Shown piece after piece: positions 9,826 to 19,538 of a DNA stretch of 64,000 bases. Every line of letters starts with the position of its first letter. Within the stretch, counting starts at the first letter, position 1. The notes under the pieces were generated by a model. It did not search any database. It worked only from the letters and a program-made list of their open reading frames with translations, and was not told the origin of the DNA. A program made the translations under genes and the position numbers. The stretch comes from Alphaproteobacteria bacterium (lineage in GTDB: Bacteria; Pseudomonadota; Alphaproteobacteria; UBA828), in the NCBI GenBank assembly GCA_963422645.2, contig CAXXVO010000008.1, positions 96,001-160,000 on the forward strand, given 5' to 3'.

Positions 9826-10869
9826 ATGACGGCAGTACCCTCCATGACCAGCCGCGAGCGGGTGCTTGCGGCGCTGAAGCGCGAGCCGGTGGATCGCACG
9901 CCCGTGTGCAACCCCACCTCGGTCGCGACTGTCGAGCTGATGGACCTGGTGGACGCGAACTTCCCGCTCGCGAACCGCGACCCGGAGCTGATGGCGCGGC
10001 TCGCCGCCACCAGCTACACCGAGCTCGGCTTCGACAGCATCATGCCGGTCTTCTCGATCATCCAGGAATCGTCCGCGCTCGGCTGCAAGATGCAGTGGGA
10101 GCAGAAGGACAACTGGCCGACCGTGCGCATGCGCGAGCCGATTTGGGAGGACGTGGACGACATCCGCATCCCCAACGATTTCCTCCTGCACCCGGACATG
10201 GCTTGCGTGATCGAGGCGATCCGCCTGCTGCGCCGCGAGTTCGGCGACGAGGTCGCGATCATCGGCAAGACCATGGGGCCGTGGACGCTGGGCTATCACT
10301 GCTTCGGCGTCGAGCCCTTCCTGCTCTTGTCGCTCGACGATCCGGGCAAGACCAAGCTCGCACTCGACCGCATGAAGGAGGCGACGATCGTCTTCGGGAT
10401 GGCGCAGATCGAGGCGGGCGCGGACGCGCTCACGGTCCCCGATCACGCCACCGGCGACCTGGTCAGCGCCGACTACTACAAGCGCTACCTCAAGGACCTC
10501 CACATCGAGTTGGTGGAGCGCCTGCCGGTGCCGCTCATCCTCCATATCTGCGGGCGCACCGTGGACCGCATGGGCTACATCGCCGAGACCGGGATCGCCG
10601 CCTTCCACTTCGATTCCAAGAACAAGCCGGCCGAATCCGTGGCGGTGATGGACGACCGGGTATCGCTGGTCGGCAACATCAACAATCCCGAGACGCTCTT
10701 CGCCAAGGGGCCCGACGACGTGCGCAAGGAGGTCTATGCCAACCTCGACGCCGGCGTGCAGGGGGTGGGGCCGGAATGCGCCATCCCGCTCCAGACCTCG
10801 GTCGAGAACCTGCGCGAGATTCCGCTGGCGGTGCGCGACTGGCACGCCGAGCACGACCGCCCGCACTAA
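9826..10869 (+). CDS. MtaA/CmuA-family methyltransferase (UroD fold)
   Basis: MTSRERVLAAL..EPVDR.PV, GPWTL, zinc ligands LHICG and PECAIP, LVGNIN. Confidence 0.9.
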   Translation: MTAVPSMTSRERVLAALKREPVDRTPVCNPTSVATVELMDLVDANFPLANRDPELMARLAATSYTELGFDSIMPVFSIIQESSALGCKMQWEQKDNWPTVRMREPIWEDVDDIRIPNDFLLHPDMACVIEAIRLLRREFGDEVAIIGKTMGPWTLGYHCFGVEPFLLLSLDDPGKTKLALDRMKEATIVFGMAQIEAGADALTVPDHATGDLVSADYYKRYLKDLHIELVERLPVPLILHICGRTVDRMGYIAETGIAAFHFDSKNKPAESVAVMDDRVSLVGNINNPETLFAKGPDDVRKEVYANLDAGVQGVGPECAIPLQTSVENLREIPLAVRDWHAEHDRPH

Positions 10870-10909
10870 GGCCCTGTGACACCCCGTCCATTTCACCACT
10901 GAGTCCCCC

Positions 10910-11659
10910 ATGGCTGAACTTGCCGACATCGCCAACGCGGTGATCCGCGACGAGATCGAGGAGTTTCTCGAGCGTCCCGACGAGATCGAGCGCAACGTCG
11001 CGCACTTCGCGCGCACGCGTCCTGAGATGCAGGACATCGCCGCCGCGTTGATCGAGGGCGACAATCATACGGTCGACGCACTCACCACGCAGGCGCTGGA
11101 GGCGGGCACCGAGGCGCTGGAGATCATGGACGACGGCCTGATCGCCGGCATGGGCATCGTCGGCATCAAGTTCCGCGAGAACTTCATCTTCGTGCCCGAG
11201 GTGCTGGCCTGCGCGCGGGCGATGAAGGCGGGAATGGCCCATATCGAGCCGATACTCTCGGCCTCGGGCGTCGAGCCCCTCGGTACCGTGATCATGGGCA
11301 CGGTCAAGGGCGACCTCCACGACATCGGCAAGAATCTCTGCATCATGATGCTCTCCGGCGCGGGCTTCGAGGTGGTGGATCTAGGCGTGGACACGTCGGA
11401 AGACGAGTTCATTGCCGCGCTGGAGGAGCACGGGGCGCCAATCATGGGCATGTCGGCGCTGCTGACCACGACGATGCCGAACATGGGAAAGACCATCGAG
11501 GCGCTGATCGACGCCGACCTCCGCGATGATGTGATGGTGATGGTGGGCGGCGCCCCGGTGACCGAGGAGTTCGCCGACGACATGGGCGCGGACGGCTACG
11601 GCAAGGACGCGCTCTCCTGCGTGGCACTGGCCAAGAAGCTGATGGAAGAGCGCGGTTAG
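10910..11659 (+). CDS. Corrinoid (cobalamin-binding) protein, MtaC/MtbC type
   Basis: Cap domain GLIAGM..VG.KF....FVPEVL; GTVKGDLHDIGKN (DxHxxG), SALLTTTM, VGGAPV. Confidence 0.95.
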   Translation: MAELADIANAVIRDEIEEFLERPDEIERNVAHFARTRPEMQDIAAALIEGDNHTVDALTTQALEAGTEALEIMDDGLIAGMGIVGIKFRENFIFVPEVLACARAMKAGMAHIEPILSASGVEPLGTVIMGTVKGDLHDIGKNLCIMMLSGAGFEVVDLGVDTSEDEFIAALEEHGAPIMGMSALLTTTMPNMGKTIEALIDADLRDDVMVMVGGAPVTEEFADDMGADGYGKDALSCVALAKKLMEERG

Positions 11660-11667
11660 GCAGGCCG

Positions 11668-13662
11668 TTGCCGAAGATCAGCCAAGAGGACTATCAGCAG
11701 CGGCTTGATCGGCTCACCGAGATCTTCGCGGATATCGTGAGTCATGCCGACGAGCAGGCGACGCAGCGCTGCCCCTACCGCGATGCGCGCGACCGCTGCA
11801 CCGCGGCGTTCTCGTGCGGCAACCAGATTCCTGCCGTCGAGAAGGGCGCGCCCGCGACCTGCGGCCACGACGGCACCTTCGACTATAGCGACGCGTGGGA
11901 GGATGACCCCGCCGCCGAGGAGCGTGCGAAGAAGAAGCTCGGCGCGATCAGACAAGCCGCCGCGGCGCAGCGGGAAGGCGCACCGCGACCCACGGGACCC
12001 GGCACCGTCTCCCACGACGGCAGAACACAGTCGCTCGCCATCGGCATGACGCTCTTCGACTGCGCCGACGAGCTCGCCGTCGAGGTGCCGACCTCCTGCC
12101 AGCGCAACGGCCGCTGTCACGAATGCGTGGTCGAGGTGAGCGCGGGCGATGAGGCTCTGTGCGCCCGCACCGAGGCGGAGGGATTTCTGCGCGCGCCCTA
12201 TCGCCTCGCTTGTCAGGCGATGGTCGAGCGGGACGACATCGACGTTGCGTTCGCACCGCTCCGCCGCCGCCCTCGCATCCTGGTGCGCGCCCATGCGGAT
12301 GCGGCCGGCGCGCCCGCGACGCTCGACCCCCTCGTCACCCGGCGGGGCGAAGAGGTGTTGTATGACGGCGACGTGGTGGACCGCTACCGGGGCAGCATGT
12401 TGGGTCTCGCGGTCGATCTCGGCACCACGACGGTGGTGCTCGACTTTGTCGATCTGGAGACCGGCAAGAGCGTGCACAGCGCCGCCTTCGAGAACCCGCA
12501 GGCCTTCGGCGGCAGCGACGTCATGCACCGTATCTCTTACGACCGCGAGGACAAGGCGGGCGAGCTGCAGAAGGCAGCGGCATCGGCCATCAACCGCGCC
12601 ATCGTTGACGGCTGCGCCCGGCTCGGCACCAACCGCCAGGCGATCTACGAGATCGTGGTCGCGGCCAACCCAACCATGCGCGATATCCTGTTCAAGTTGG
12701 ATGTCCAGGGAATCGGCCAGAAGCCCTACAAGTCTTCCATCGAGCACGCCTTCCTCGCCGGCGAGCGGGCGAACACGGCGCTCAGCGTCCGCGCGCTGCG
12801 CTTGGGCCTGCGCGCCAACCGTGCGGCCCGCGTCTATGGGCTGCCGCTCATCGCGAGCCATGTGGGGGGCGATGCCGCAGCCGCCCTCGTGGCGCTCGAA
12901 GAAGGGTTCGCCGACGCCGATACCGTGATGCTGGTCGACATGGGCACCAACACCGAGGTCGTGCTCAAGCACCGGGGCCGGATGCTCGCCGCCTCCTGCC
13001 CGGCGGGGCCGGCGTTCGAGGGCGGGCTGGTGCGCTACGGCATGCCGGCCTGCGACGGCGCCATCGAGGCGGTCCGTCTCGGCGAAGACGGCGAGGCCGC
13101 CTGCGAGACCATCGGCGGCAAGGAGCCGGTGGGGCTCTGCGGCTCCGGCCTCATCGACCTGCTGGCGGAGCTGCGCCGGGCTGACGTGCTGACCGCCAAG
13201 GGTGTCTTCACCGCCGACCGCAAGCAGAGGGAGATGATGGTGGTGCCGGAGCACGGGATCACCTTCTCCAAGGAGGACGCCAGCAACCTCGGCCAGGCCA
13301 AGGCCGCCAACTACTGCGGGCAGTACATCGTCATGCGCGCGCTCGGCGTCGATCCCGCTGGGATCGATCGGCTCTATCTCGCGGGCGGCTTCGCCAACTA
13401 CGTGAACGTGCGCAGCGCCATCGCCATCGGCCTGCTGGCGCCGGTACCGGAGGAACGCGTCGTCAAGGCCGGCAACGCGGCGGCGCGCGGGGCGCGGGCG
13501 ATCCTGCTCTCGGCCGCCCGGCGGCGCGCGCTGGAGCGCGAGGTCCAGGACATCGAGCATATCGAGCTGGAGACCACGCCCGATTTCTTCGACCTCTTCG
13601 TGGACGGCTGCCAGCTCAAGCCCATGCCCTCGCACCTCGCACCTGAAGGGACCGCCGCATGA
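11668..13662 (+). CDS. ASKHA-family reductive activator of corrinoid proteins (RamA/RACo-like) with 2Fe-2S domain
   Basis: CQRNGRCHEC...RLACQ ferredoxin; DLGTTT, NPQAFGGSDVMHRI, DMGTNTE, AGPAFEG, CGSG, LAGGF, GNAA. TTG start uncertain. Confidence 0.9.
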   Translation: MPKISQEDYQQRLDRLTEIFADIVSHADEQATQRCPYRDARDRCTAAFSCGNQIPAVEKGAPATCGHDGTFDYSDAWEDDPAAEERAKKKLGAIRQAAAAQREGAPRPTGPGTVSHDGRTQSLAIGMTLFDCADELAVEVPTSCQRNGRCHECVVEVSAGDEALCARTEAEGFLRAPYRLACQAMVERDDIDVAFAPLRRRPRILVRAHADAAGAPATLDPLVTRRGEEVLYDGDVVDRYRGSMLGLAVDLGTTTVVLDFVDLETGKSVHSAAFENPQAFGGSDVMHRISYDREDKAGELQKAAASAINRAIVDGCARLGTNRQAIYEIVVAANPTMRDILFKLDVQGIGQKPYKSSIEHAFLAGERANTALSVRALRLGLRANRAARVYGLPLIASHVGGDAAAALVALEEGFADADTVMLVDMGTNTEVVLKHRGRMLAASCPAGPAFEGGLVRYGMPACDGAIEAVRLGEDGEAACETIGGKEPVGLCGSGLIDLLAELRRADVLTAKGVFTADRKQREMMVVPEHGITFSKEDASNLGQAKAANYCGQYIVMRALGVDPAGIDRLYLAGGFANYVNVRSAIAIGLLAPVPEERVVKAGNAAARGARAILLSAARRRALEREVQDIEHIELETTPDFFDLFVDGCQLKPMPSHLAPEGTAA

Positions 13663-14687
13663 CCACCGCACCGCTGATCGTCATCGGCGAGAACATCCAC
13701 TGCACCCGTGTCGCGCTCCGCAAGGGCAAGCGCATCGCAGAGCGCGACGGCGCTGAGGTCATCTTCTACGAGACCGCAGAGGGCGAGGAGCGCGCGCTGC
13801 CGGTGACGGCGGAGGCGAAGCGGACCAAGGACTACGAGGAAGGGCGGGTCAAGCACGTCCAGGTCGCGATCGAGACCGCGATGGAGACGGCGGCGGGCGA
13901 TCCGGCCGAGGGCCTGCGTTACATCGAGGCGCAGATCCGCCATCAGGAGCGCACAGGCGCCGCCTTCCTCGACCTCAACGTCGACGAGATCGCGCCCAAG
14001 CTCGCCGTGCAGACCGGCGCCATGGCCTGGCTCGCCGCCACGGTTCAGGAGATGACCGAACTCCCGATCTCCGTCGATTCCTCCAGCGTGGACGTGATCC
14101 GCGCAGGCCTGGAGGCGCTCGCGCCGGCCAAGATGCGCCCGATGCTCAACTCGGCCTCGCTGGAGCGGTTGGATGCGCTCGACCTCGCGCGGGAGCACGA
14201 CTGCCGCGTGGTGGTGACCGCGGCCGGCGAGCGAGGGATGCCCGACGGCGCCGACGAGCGCGTGGCGAACGCATCCCGCATGGTGGAGGCCGCCTTGGCG
14301 AGAGGGTTCGCCATCGGTGACCTCTATATCGACCCGCTGGTCTTCCCGATCTCGGTCGACTCCAGCTTCGGCAACCACTGCTTCGACGCGATCCGCACCT
14401 TGCGCGCGCGCTTCGGCGACGAGGTCCACATCACCGGCGGCATGAGCAACGTCTCGTTCGGGCTGCCGGCGCGCAAGCTCCTGAACGAGATGTTCGTGCT
14501 GCTAGCGGTCGAGGCCGGTGCCGATGGCGGAATCATGGACCCGGTGGCGAGCCCGCCGGAGGCGATCCTCGGCATCGACCGCACGGAGCCTAACTACAAG
14601 CTAGCCGAAGACGTGTTGATGGGGCGGGACGAGCACTGCATGGCCTACATCCGGGCCTGGCGAAAAAGCAGGCGCAAGGCCAAGTGA
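13659..14687 (+). CDS. Methyl-corrinoid:tetrahydrofolate methyltransferase (pterin-binding, AcsE/MeTr-like)
   Basis: IGENIH, LDLNVD, SVDSS, LNSAS, IDPLVFP, GGMSNVSFGLP.RK; ATGA overlap with the activator. Confidence 0.88.
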   Translation: MTTAPLIVIGENIHCTRVALRKGKRIAERDGAEVIFYETAEGEERALPVTAEAKRTKDYEEGRVKHVQVAIETAMETAAGDPAEGLRYIEAQIRHQERTGAAFLDLNVDEIAPKLAVQTGAMAWLAATVQEMTELPISVDSSSVDVIRAGLEALAPAKMRPMLNSASLERLDALDLAREHDCRVVVTAAGERGMPDGADERVANASRMVEAALARGFAIGDLYIDPLVFPISVDSSFGNHCFDAIRTLRARFGDEVHITGGMSNVSFGLPARKLLNEMFVLLAVEAGADGGIMDPVASPPEAILGIDRTEPNYKLAEDVLMGRDEHCMAYIRAWRKSRRKAK

Positions 14688-14700
14688 AAAAGAGACACCC

Positions 14701-15102
14701 ATGACCGAGACCGAACGGCCGCCGGACGCCGAGCCCGCGCTCCGCACGCTCGCCATGCCCGCCGACGCGAACCCCAACGGCGACATCTTCGGCGGCTGGG
14801 TGCTGGCGCAGATGGACCTTGCCGGCGGCGTTGTGGCGGCGCGGCGCGCCGGCGGACGCTTGGCCACGGTGGCGGTGGAGGCGATGCGCTTCCACGCCCC
14901 GATCGCCGTCGGCGACCTCGTGACCTGCTACGCCGAGGTAGTGAAGACCGGGACGACCTCGATCACCATCGACATCCAGACCTGGGCGCGCCGGCGGCGC
15001 GGCACCGTGGAGGTGAAGGTGACCGAAGGGACCTTCATCTACGTTGCCATCGACGACAACGGCCGGCCCCGCCCGCTCCCCGAAGAGACGGCGGAGAGTT
15101 GA
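14701..15102 (+). CDS. Acyl-CoA thioesterase (YciA-like hotdog fold)
   Basis: AMPADANPNGDIFGGW..AQMD, ATVAV, FIYVAID..GRPR. Confidence 0.92.
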   Translation: MTETERPPDAEPALRTLAMPADANPNGDIFGGWVLAQMDLAGGVVAARRAGGRLATVAVEAMRFHAPIAVGDLVTCYAEVVKTGTTSITIDIQTWARRRRGTVEVKVTEGTFIYVAIDDNGRPRPLPEETAES

Positions 15103-15122
15103 CGATTGGAGCGAGACCGTCT

Positions 15123-15161
15123 TTGACGGGCTCGCGACAGGCCGCGACGGCGGCCCGTCAA
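15123..15161. terminator. Hairpin between convergent genes, probable terminator
   Basis: TTGACGGGC ... GCCCGTCAA 9-bp inverted repeat with an inner TCGCG/CGCGA stem. Confidence 0.45.
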
Positions 15162-15174
15162 GAACGCACGCGCC

Positions 15175-16605
15175 CTAGGAGCGGGCGCTGACGGCGGGGT
15201 CGTGGGCCGGGTCGAGGCCGCGGATGACGGTGCAGGGCATCGGTGCCGTCCGCAGCTTCTCGCACGCACGATTGGCGTCGTTCTTGTAGAGGCCCAGAAA
15301 GCGCGCCCGATAGAGGGTGCTGCGGCCGTCGGTACGAGGCGTGAGCGTCGCCGCCGCATCGTTGAGGAGCGGCGCGCGCGCCGACGCCCGGCGCATAGCG
15401 ATCTCTGCCGCTGTCACCGACTCATAGGAGCCCACCTGGACCCCCCAGGGGCCATCCACAGTCGACGCAGCCGCAGCCTTCTTTGCCGACGATGACTCGG
15501 TCGCGATCACCGAGTCCACGACCGCGAGCGTCGCGGCCACGGACTTCGACGGCGGGGGCAAGGGTCCCGAAACGACCTCGACCGGCTCGAGCGCCGGGCG
15601 CGGAGCCTGCGATGGGCTCTCGATCGGCTCGGCCAGCGGCGCCGCCGCACCCTCGGCCAGCTCGGGCGGCTGGGCCGCCGCAACCATGATCGCCGCCGGT
15701 TTAAATCGTGTTGCCGGCGCGGCCAATCCGGAGCCGGCGGGTGGGCGCGGAATGCCCGCGTAGCGGACGCGGCCGCGCTTGGCGTCGTTCTCGGCAATTC
15801 GCGTGAAGCCGAGGTCGAGGAGGTTGGCCATGTGGGCATTGCGCGAGTTCGGCGTCTTGCCGCCGAAGACAACCGCGATGACGCGCCGGCCGTCGCGTTC
15901 CGCCGAGGCCACGAGGTTGAAACCCGAGGCGCGGATATAGCCGGTCTTGATGCCGTCCATGCCGCGATAGCGGGCGAGCAGCTTGTTCGGCGTGCGATGC
16001 ACCCTGCCCTTGTAGCTGAAGCGCTGGTCGTCGAAATAGTGGTAGCGGTCCGGGAAGTCCCGCATCAGGGCTTGGGCGAGCCGCGACATGTCTCGCGCCG
16101 TGCTGCGCTGCTTCCGGTTCGGCAGCCCGGACGCATTGCGGAAGGTGGTTCGGGACATGCCGAGCTCTTGTGCCTTCCTGGTCATTATCCTGGCGAACTC
16201 GATTTCGGTTCCGCCCAGCGCCTCGGCGACCACCACGGCGATATCGTTGGCCGATTTTACGATCAGCGACTTGATCGCGTCCTCAGCACGGATCGTCGAG
16301 CCGGCACGCAATCCGAGCTTGGAGGGTGACTGCCCCGCCGCCCGCTTCGGGACCTTCAGCTTGGAGTCGAGGCTGAGCTTCCCCTCGTCGATTGCCTCGA
16401 AGAGCAGATAGAGGGTCATCATCTTGGTCAGCGACGCCGGGTATCGGCGTACGTCGGCGCTGCGGGAGCGCAGGACTTCGCCGGTCTCGGCATCGATGAC
16501 GATGGAGGCGTAGCGCGCCTGCGCCTCCTCAGCAGAGAAAACCTGCGATATGACGAGGATACAGAGCACGAGGACGAGACCGAGGGCGGCCGTACCGGGA
16601 CGCAT
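15175..16605 (-). CDS. D-alanyl-D-alanine carboxypeptidase with C-terminal SPOR domain
   Basis: Signal peptide, PASLTK (SxxK), SAND, KTGY; WGVQVGSY SPOR motif. Confidence 0.92.
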   Translation of the reverse strand: MRPGTAALGLVLVLCILVISQVFSAEEAQARYASIVIDAETGEVLRSRSADVRRYPASLTKMMTLYLLFEAIDEGKLSLDSKLKVPKRAAGQSPSKLGLRAGSTIRAEDAIKSLIVKSANDIAVVVAEALGGTEIEFARIMTRKAQELGMSRTTFRNASGLPNRKQRSTARDMSRLAQALMRDFPDRYHYFDDQRFSYKGRVHRTPNKLLARYRGMDGIKTGYIRASGFNLVASAERDGRRVIAVVFGGKTPNSRNAHMANLLDLGFTRIAENDAKRGRVRYAGIPRPPAGSGLAAPATRFKPAAIMVAAAQPPELAEGAAAPLAEPIESPSQAPRPALEPVEVVSGPLPPPSKSVAATLAVVDSVIATESSSAKKAAAASTVDGPWGVQVGSYESVTAAEIAMRRASARAPLLNDAAATLTPRTDGRSTLYRARFLGLYKNDANRACEKLRTAPMPCTVIRGLDPAHDPAVSARS

Positions 16606-16790
16606 TATTCTTCTTCTTCGCCGTGATCCCACGTCCGCCCCGCCACCCCCAGCGAATCGACTCAACATCCTTTATGTGTTCCAACTGGCGAGTTCGTCAA
16701 GAACGGCTTGTGAAAAAAGTTCTGGAAGTCTTTGATTCGGCGGAATCTCTGGCTCGCCGGGACGCACGAAAAAGCTGTGGGAAACGCTTG

Positions 16791-18185
16791 CTAGAAGTCG
16801 GGCGGCTCGATGCCGCTCGCGCGCAGTTGGAACGCGAGATCGTCCTTCAGCCGGTTCAAGGCGGCATCGTTCGCGCCCTCGCAGCGGGCCACCAACATGG
16901 GCTGCGTGTTCGATGCACGCAGCAGCCACCAGCCCTCTTCGGTCTCGGCTCTCACCCCGTCGATGGCGGAGAAGGTGGCGCCCGCGGCGCTGAGCCGGGC
17001 GCCGATCTCGTCGGCGACCTGGAACTTGCGCGCGTCCGGGCAGGGGAAGCGGACCTCGGGCGTGCTGACCCTGCGCGGCAGTTCAGCCCGCAATGAGGCG
17101 AGCGAGCGCCCCTCGCCGGCGATCAGCCGCAGAAGGCGGAGAGCGGCATAGAGGGCGTCGTCGAAACCGTAGTAGCGGTCGGCGAAAAAGATGTGGCCGC
17201 TCATCTCGCCTGCGAGCGGAGCACCGAGCTCCGCCATCTTCGCCTTGATCGGCGCGTGCCCCGTGCGCCACATCAAGGGCGTGCCGCCGAGGCGGGCGAT
17301 CTCGTCGAACAGGACGCTGCTCGCCTTTACATCGCCGATGACGGTTGCACCCGGTCGCTCGTGCAGCACTTCGCGGGCGAGCAATGCCACGAGCTGATCG
17401 CCCCAGAGGATCACGCCGTCGCCGTCCACGACCCCGATACGGTCGCCGTCGCCATCGAAGGCAATGCCGAGATCGCAGCGCTCGGCGCGCACCGTCTCGA
17501 TCAGCTGCACCAGGTTCTCTGGTACCGTGGGGTCCGGATGGTGGACGGGGAAGGTTCCGTCGACCTCATCGTTCAGCAGGATATGGCGGCCCCGGAGGCC
17601 GCTCGCAAGCGCGCCGAGCACCGCGCCGGCGGCGCCGTTGCCGGCATCCCACGCCACGGTGAATGGTTGTTCTACCGCTTCGGCGAGGAGGCGCGCGACA
17701 TAGGCATCGCGGACCTCATCGGCTTCTGTCACCCTTCCGGTGCCCTCGGCGAATGCGCCGTCCTTTACGACCTGTGCCAGCGCTTCGATATCGGCGCCGT
17801 AGAAGGGCCCACCGCCCAGCACCATCTTGACGCCGTTGTAGGCGGGCGGGTTGTGGGAGCCCGTGATCATCATGCCGCCGTCGCATTGGCGGTCGTGGAC
17901 GGCGAAATAGAGCATCGGACTCGGACCAACGCCGATACGGAACACGTCGGCGCCGGCATCGGTCAATCCTTCGACCAGATAGGCCTGGAGGTCGGGCGAG
18001 CTCAGCCGGCCATCGCGCCCAACGCAGATAAGCGGTCGTCGGATGGCGGTGCAGCGGTACCGCGCGATGGTGGCGAAGCCCAGGCCGACGGCGGTCATGT
18101 CGGCCCCGGTCAAGGTCTCACCGACGATGCCCCTGATGTCGTAGGCGCCGAGGATCGCCGGGTCGAGCGCGTGCCCCGCGCTCAT
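16791..18185 (-). CDS. Phosphomannomutase/phosphoglucomutase
   Basis: AYDIRG, TGSHNP, DGDGDR, GEMSGH, RASNT. Confidence 0.95.
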   Translation of the reverse strand: MSAGHALDPAILGAYDIRGIVGETLTGADMTAVGLGFATIARYRCTAIRRPLICVGRDGRLSSPDLQAYLVEGLTDAGADVFRIGVGPSPMLYFAVHDRQCDGGMMITGSHNPPAYNGVKMVLGGGPFYGADIEALAQVVKDGAFAEGTGRVTEADEVRDAYVARLLAEAVEQPFTVAWDAGNGAAGAVLGALASGLRGRHILLNDEVDGTFPVHHPDPTVPENLVQLIETVRAERCDLGIAFDGDGDRIGVVDGDGVILWGDQLVALLAREVLHERPGATVIGDVKASSVLFDEIARLGGTPLMWRTGHAPIKAKMAELGAPLAGEMSGHIFFADRYYGFDDALYAALRLLRLIAGEGRSLASLRAELPRRVSTPEVRFPCPDARKFQVADEIGARLSAAGATFSAIDGVRAETEEGWWLLRASNTQPMLVARCEGANDAALNRLKDDLAFQLRASGIEPPDF

Positions 18186-19498
18186 GGCGAGGCCGCCGGC
18201 CGGCCGACACTGACATAGCGAATGCCGGCACCGGCGACCTCGCTTGGCTCGTAGACGTTGCGGAGATCGACCATCAGCGGTGTCCTGAGCAGGCCCCTGG
18301 CGCGCTCCAGGTCGAGCGCCCTGAACTCGTTCCACTCGGTGAGGATGACGAGTGCGTCCGCATCCGTCATCGCATCGTAGGAGTCGTTGCACCAGACGAC
18401 GCCGTCGAGGAGGGCGCACGCTTCCTCCATGCCGGCGGGATCGAAGGCGCGGGCTTTGGCCCCCTGCTCGATGAGTCCCGGCAGGATCACGAGGCTCGGG
18501 CTCTCCCGCACATCGTCGGTGTTGGGCTTGAACGTGACTCCGAGCACAGCGATGGTCTTGCCCGCGACGGAGCCGCCGCAGGCCTGCACGATCTTGTCGA
18601 CCATCGCGACCTTGCGTGCGGTGTTCTTGCGCAGCACGGCCTCGACGATTTCGGACGGTGCGCCGGCTTCCTCGGCGATGCGGACGAAAGCTGCAGTGTC
18701 CTTGGGGAAACACGAGCCGCCGAAGCCGGGGCCTGCGTGCAGGAAGTAACGCCCGATGCGGCCGTCGAGGCCGATGCCCTTCGCGACGTCCTGAACATCC
18801 GCGTCGAGGCGCTCGCAGAGGTCGGCGATCTCGTTAATGAAGGTGATCTTGGTCGCGAGGAAGCAGTTGGCGGCGTACTTGATGAGCTCCGCCGTCTCCA
18901 GCGTGGTGAAGAGCACCGGAGTCTCGATCAGGAAGAGCGGCCGGTAGAGCGCACGCATCACCTCCCGCGCCCGCTCGGAGTCGACGCCGACGACGACCCG
19001 GTCGGGGCGCATGAAATCGCCGATCGCAGAGCCCTCGCGCAGAAACTCGGGGTTCGAGACGACATCGAACGCGGCATCGGGACGGCGCTCCCGAATGATG
19101 CGCGCGATCTCGCGCCCGGTGCCGACGGGCACCGTCGATTTCGTCGCAACGACGGTGTAGCCGTCGAGGGCGTCGGCGACCTGGCGGGCCGCCTCGAACA
19201 CGAAGGAGAGGTCGGCATGGCCGTCGCCGTGCCGGCTGGGCGTGCCGACCGCCAGCATCACCACATCGGCTTCCGCCACAGCGTCTGCAACGTCTTCGGT
19301 GAAGGAGAGGCGGCCGGCGGCGGCGTTGGCGGCGACCAGCGTCTCCAACCCCGGCTCGTAGATCGGCACCCGACCCGCGCGGAGCGCCGCGACCCTCTCC
19401 GGCGCGGCATCGGCGCACGTCACGGCGTGGCCGAACTCCGAAAAGCACGCGGCCGACACCAGGCCGACGTATCCGGCACCAATCATTGCAACGCGCAT
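18182..19498 (-). CDS. ugd: UDP-glucose 6-dehydrogenase
   Basis: IGAGYVGL, KSTVPVGT, NPEFLREG, GFGGSCFPKD, FKPNTDD.RES. Confidence 0.95.
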   Translation of the reverse strand: MRVAMIGAGYVGLVSAACFSEFGHAVTCADAAPERVAALRAGRVPIYEPGLETLVAANAAAGRLSFTEDVADAVAEADVVMLAVGTPSRHGDGHADLSFVFEAARQVADALDGYTVVATKSTVPVGTGREIARIIRERRPDAAFDVVSNPEFLREGSAIGDFMRPDRVVVGVDSERAREVMRALYRPLFLIETPVLFTTLETAELIKYAANCFLATKITFINEIADLCERLDADVQDVAKGIGLDGRIGRYFLHAGPGFGGSCFPKDTAAFVRIAEEAGAPSEIVEAVLRKNTARKVAMVDKIVQACGGSVAGKTIAVLGVTFKPNTDDVRESPSLVILPGLIEQGAKARAFDPAGMEEACALLDGVVWCNDSYDAMTDADALVILTEWNEFRALDLERARGLLRTPLMVDLRNVYEPSEVAGAGIRYVSVGRPAASP

Positions 19499-19538
19499 CG
19501 CGATGTACCTCGATACAAAACGCCTGTGGCGATCCGCC

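Noticed and set aside
13659-14687. Dihydropteroate synthase (folP) or a Wood-Ljungdahl operon
   Set aside because: The SNVSFGLP motif and corrinoid context indicate a methyltransferase; no CODH/ACS genes are present.
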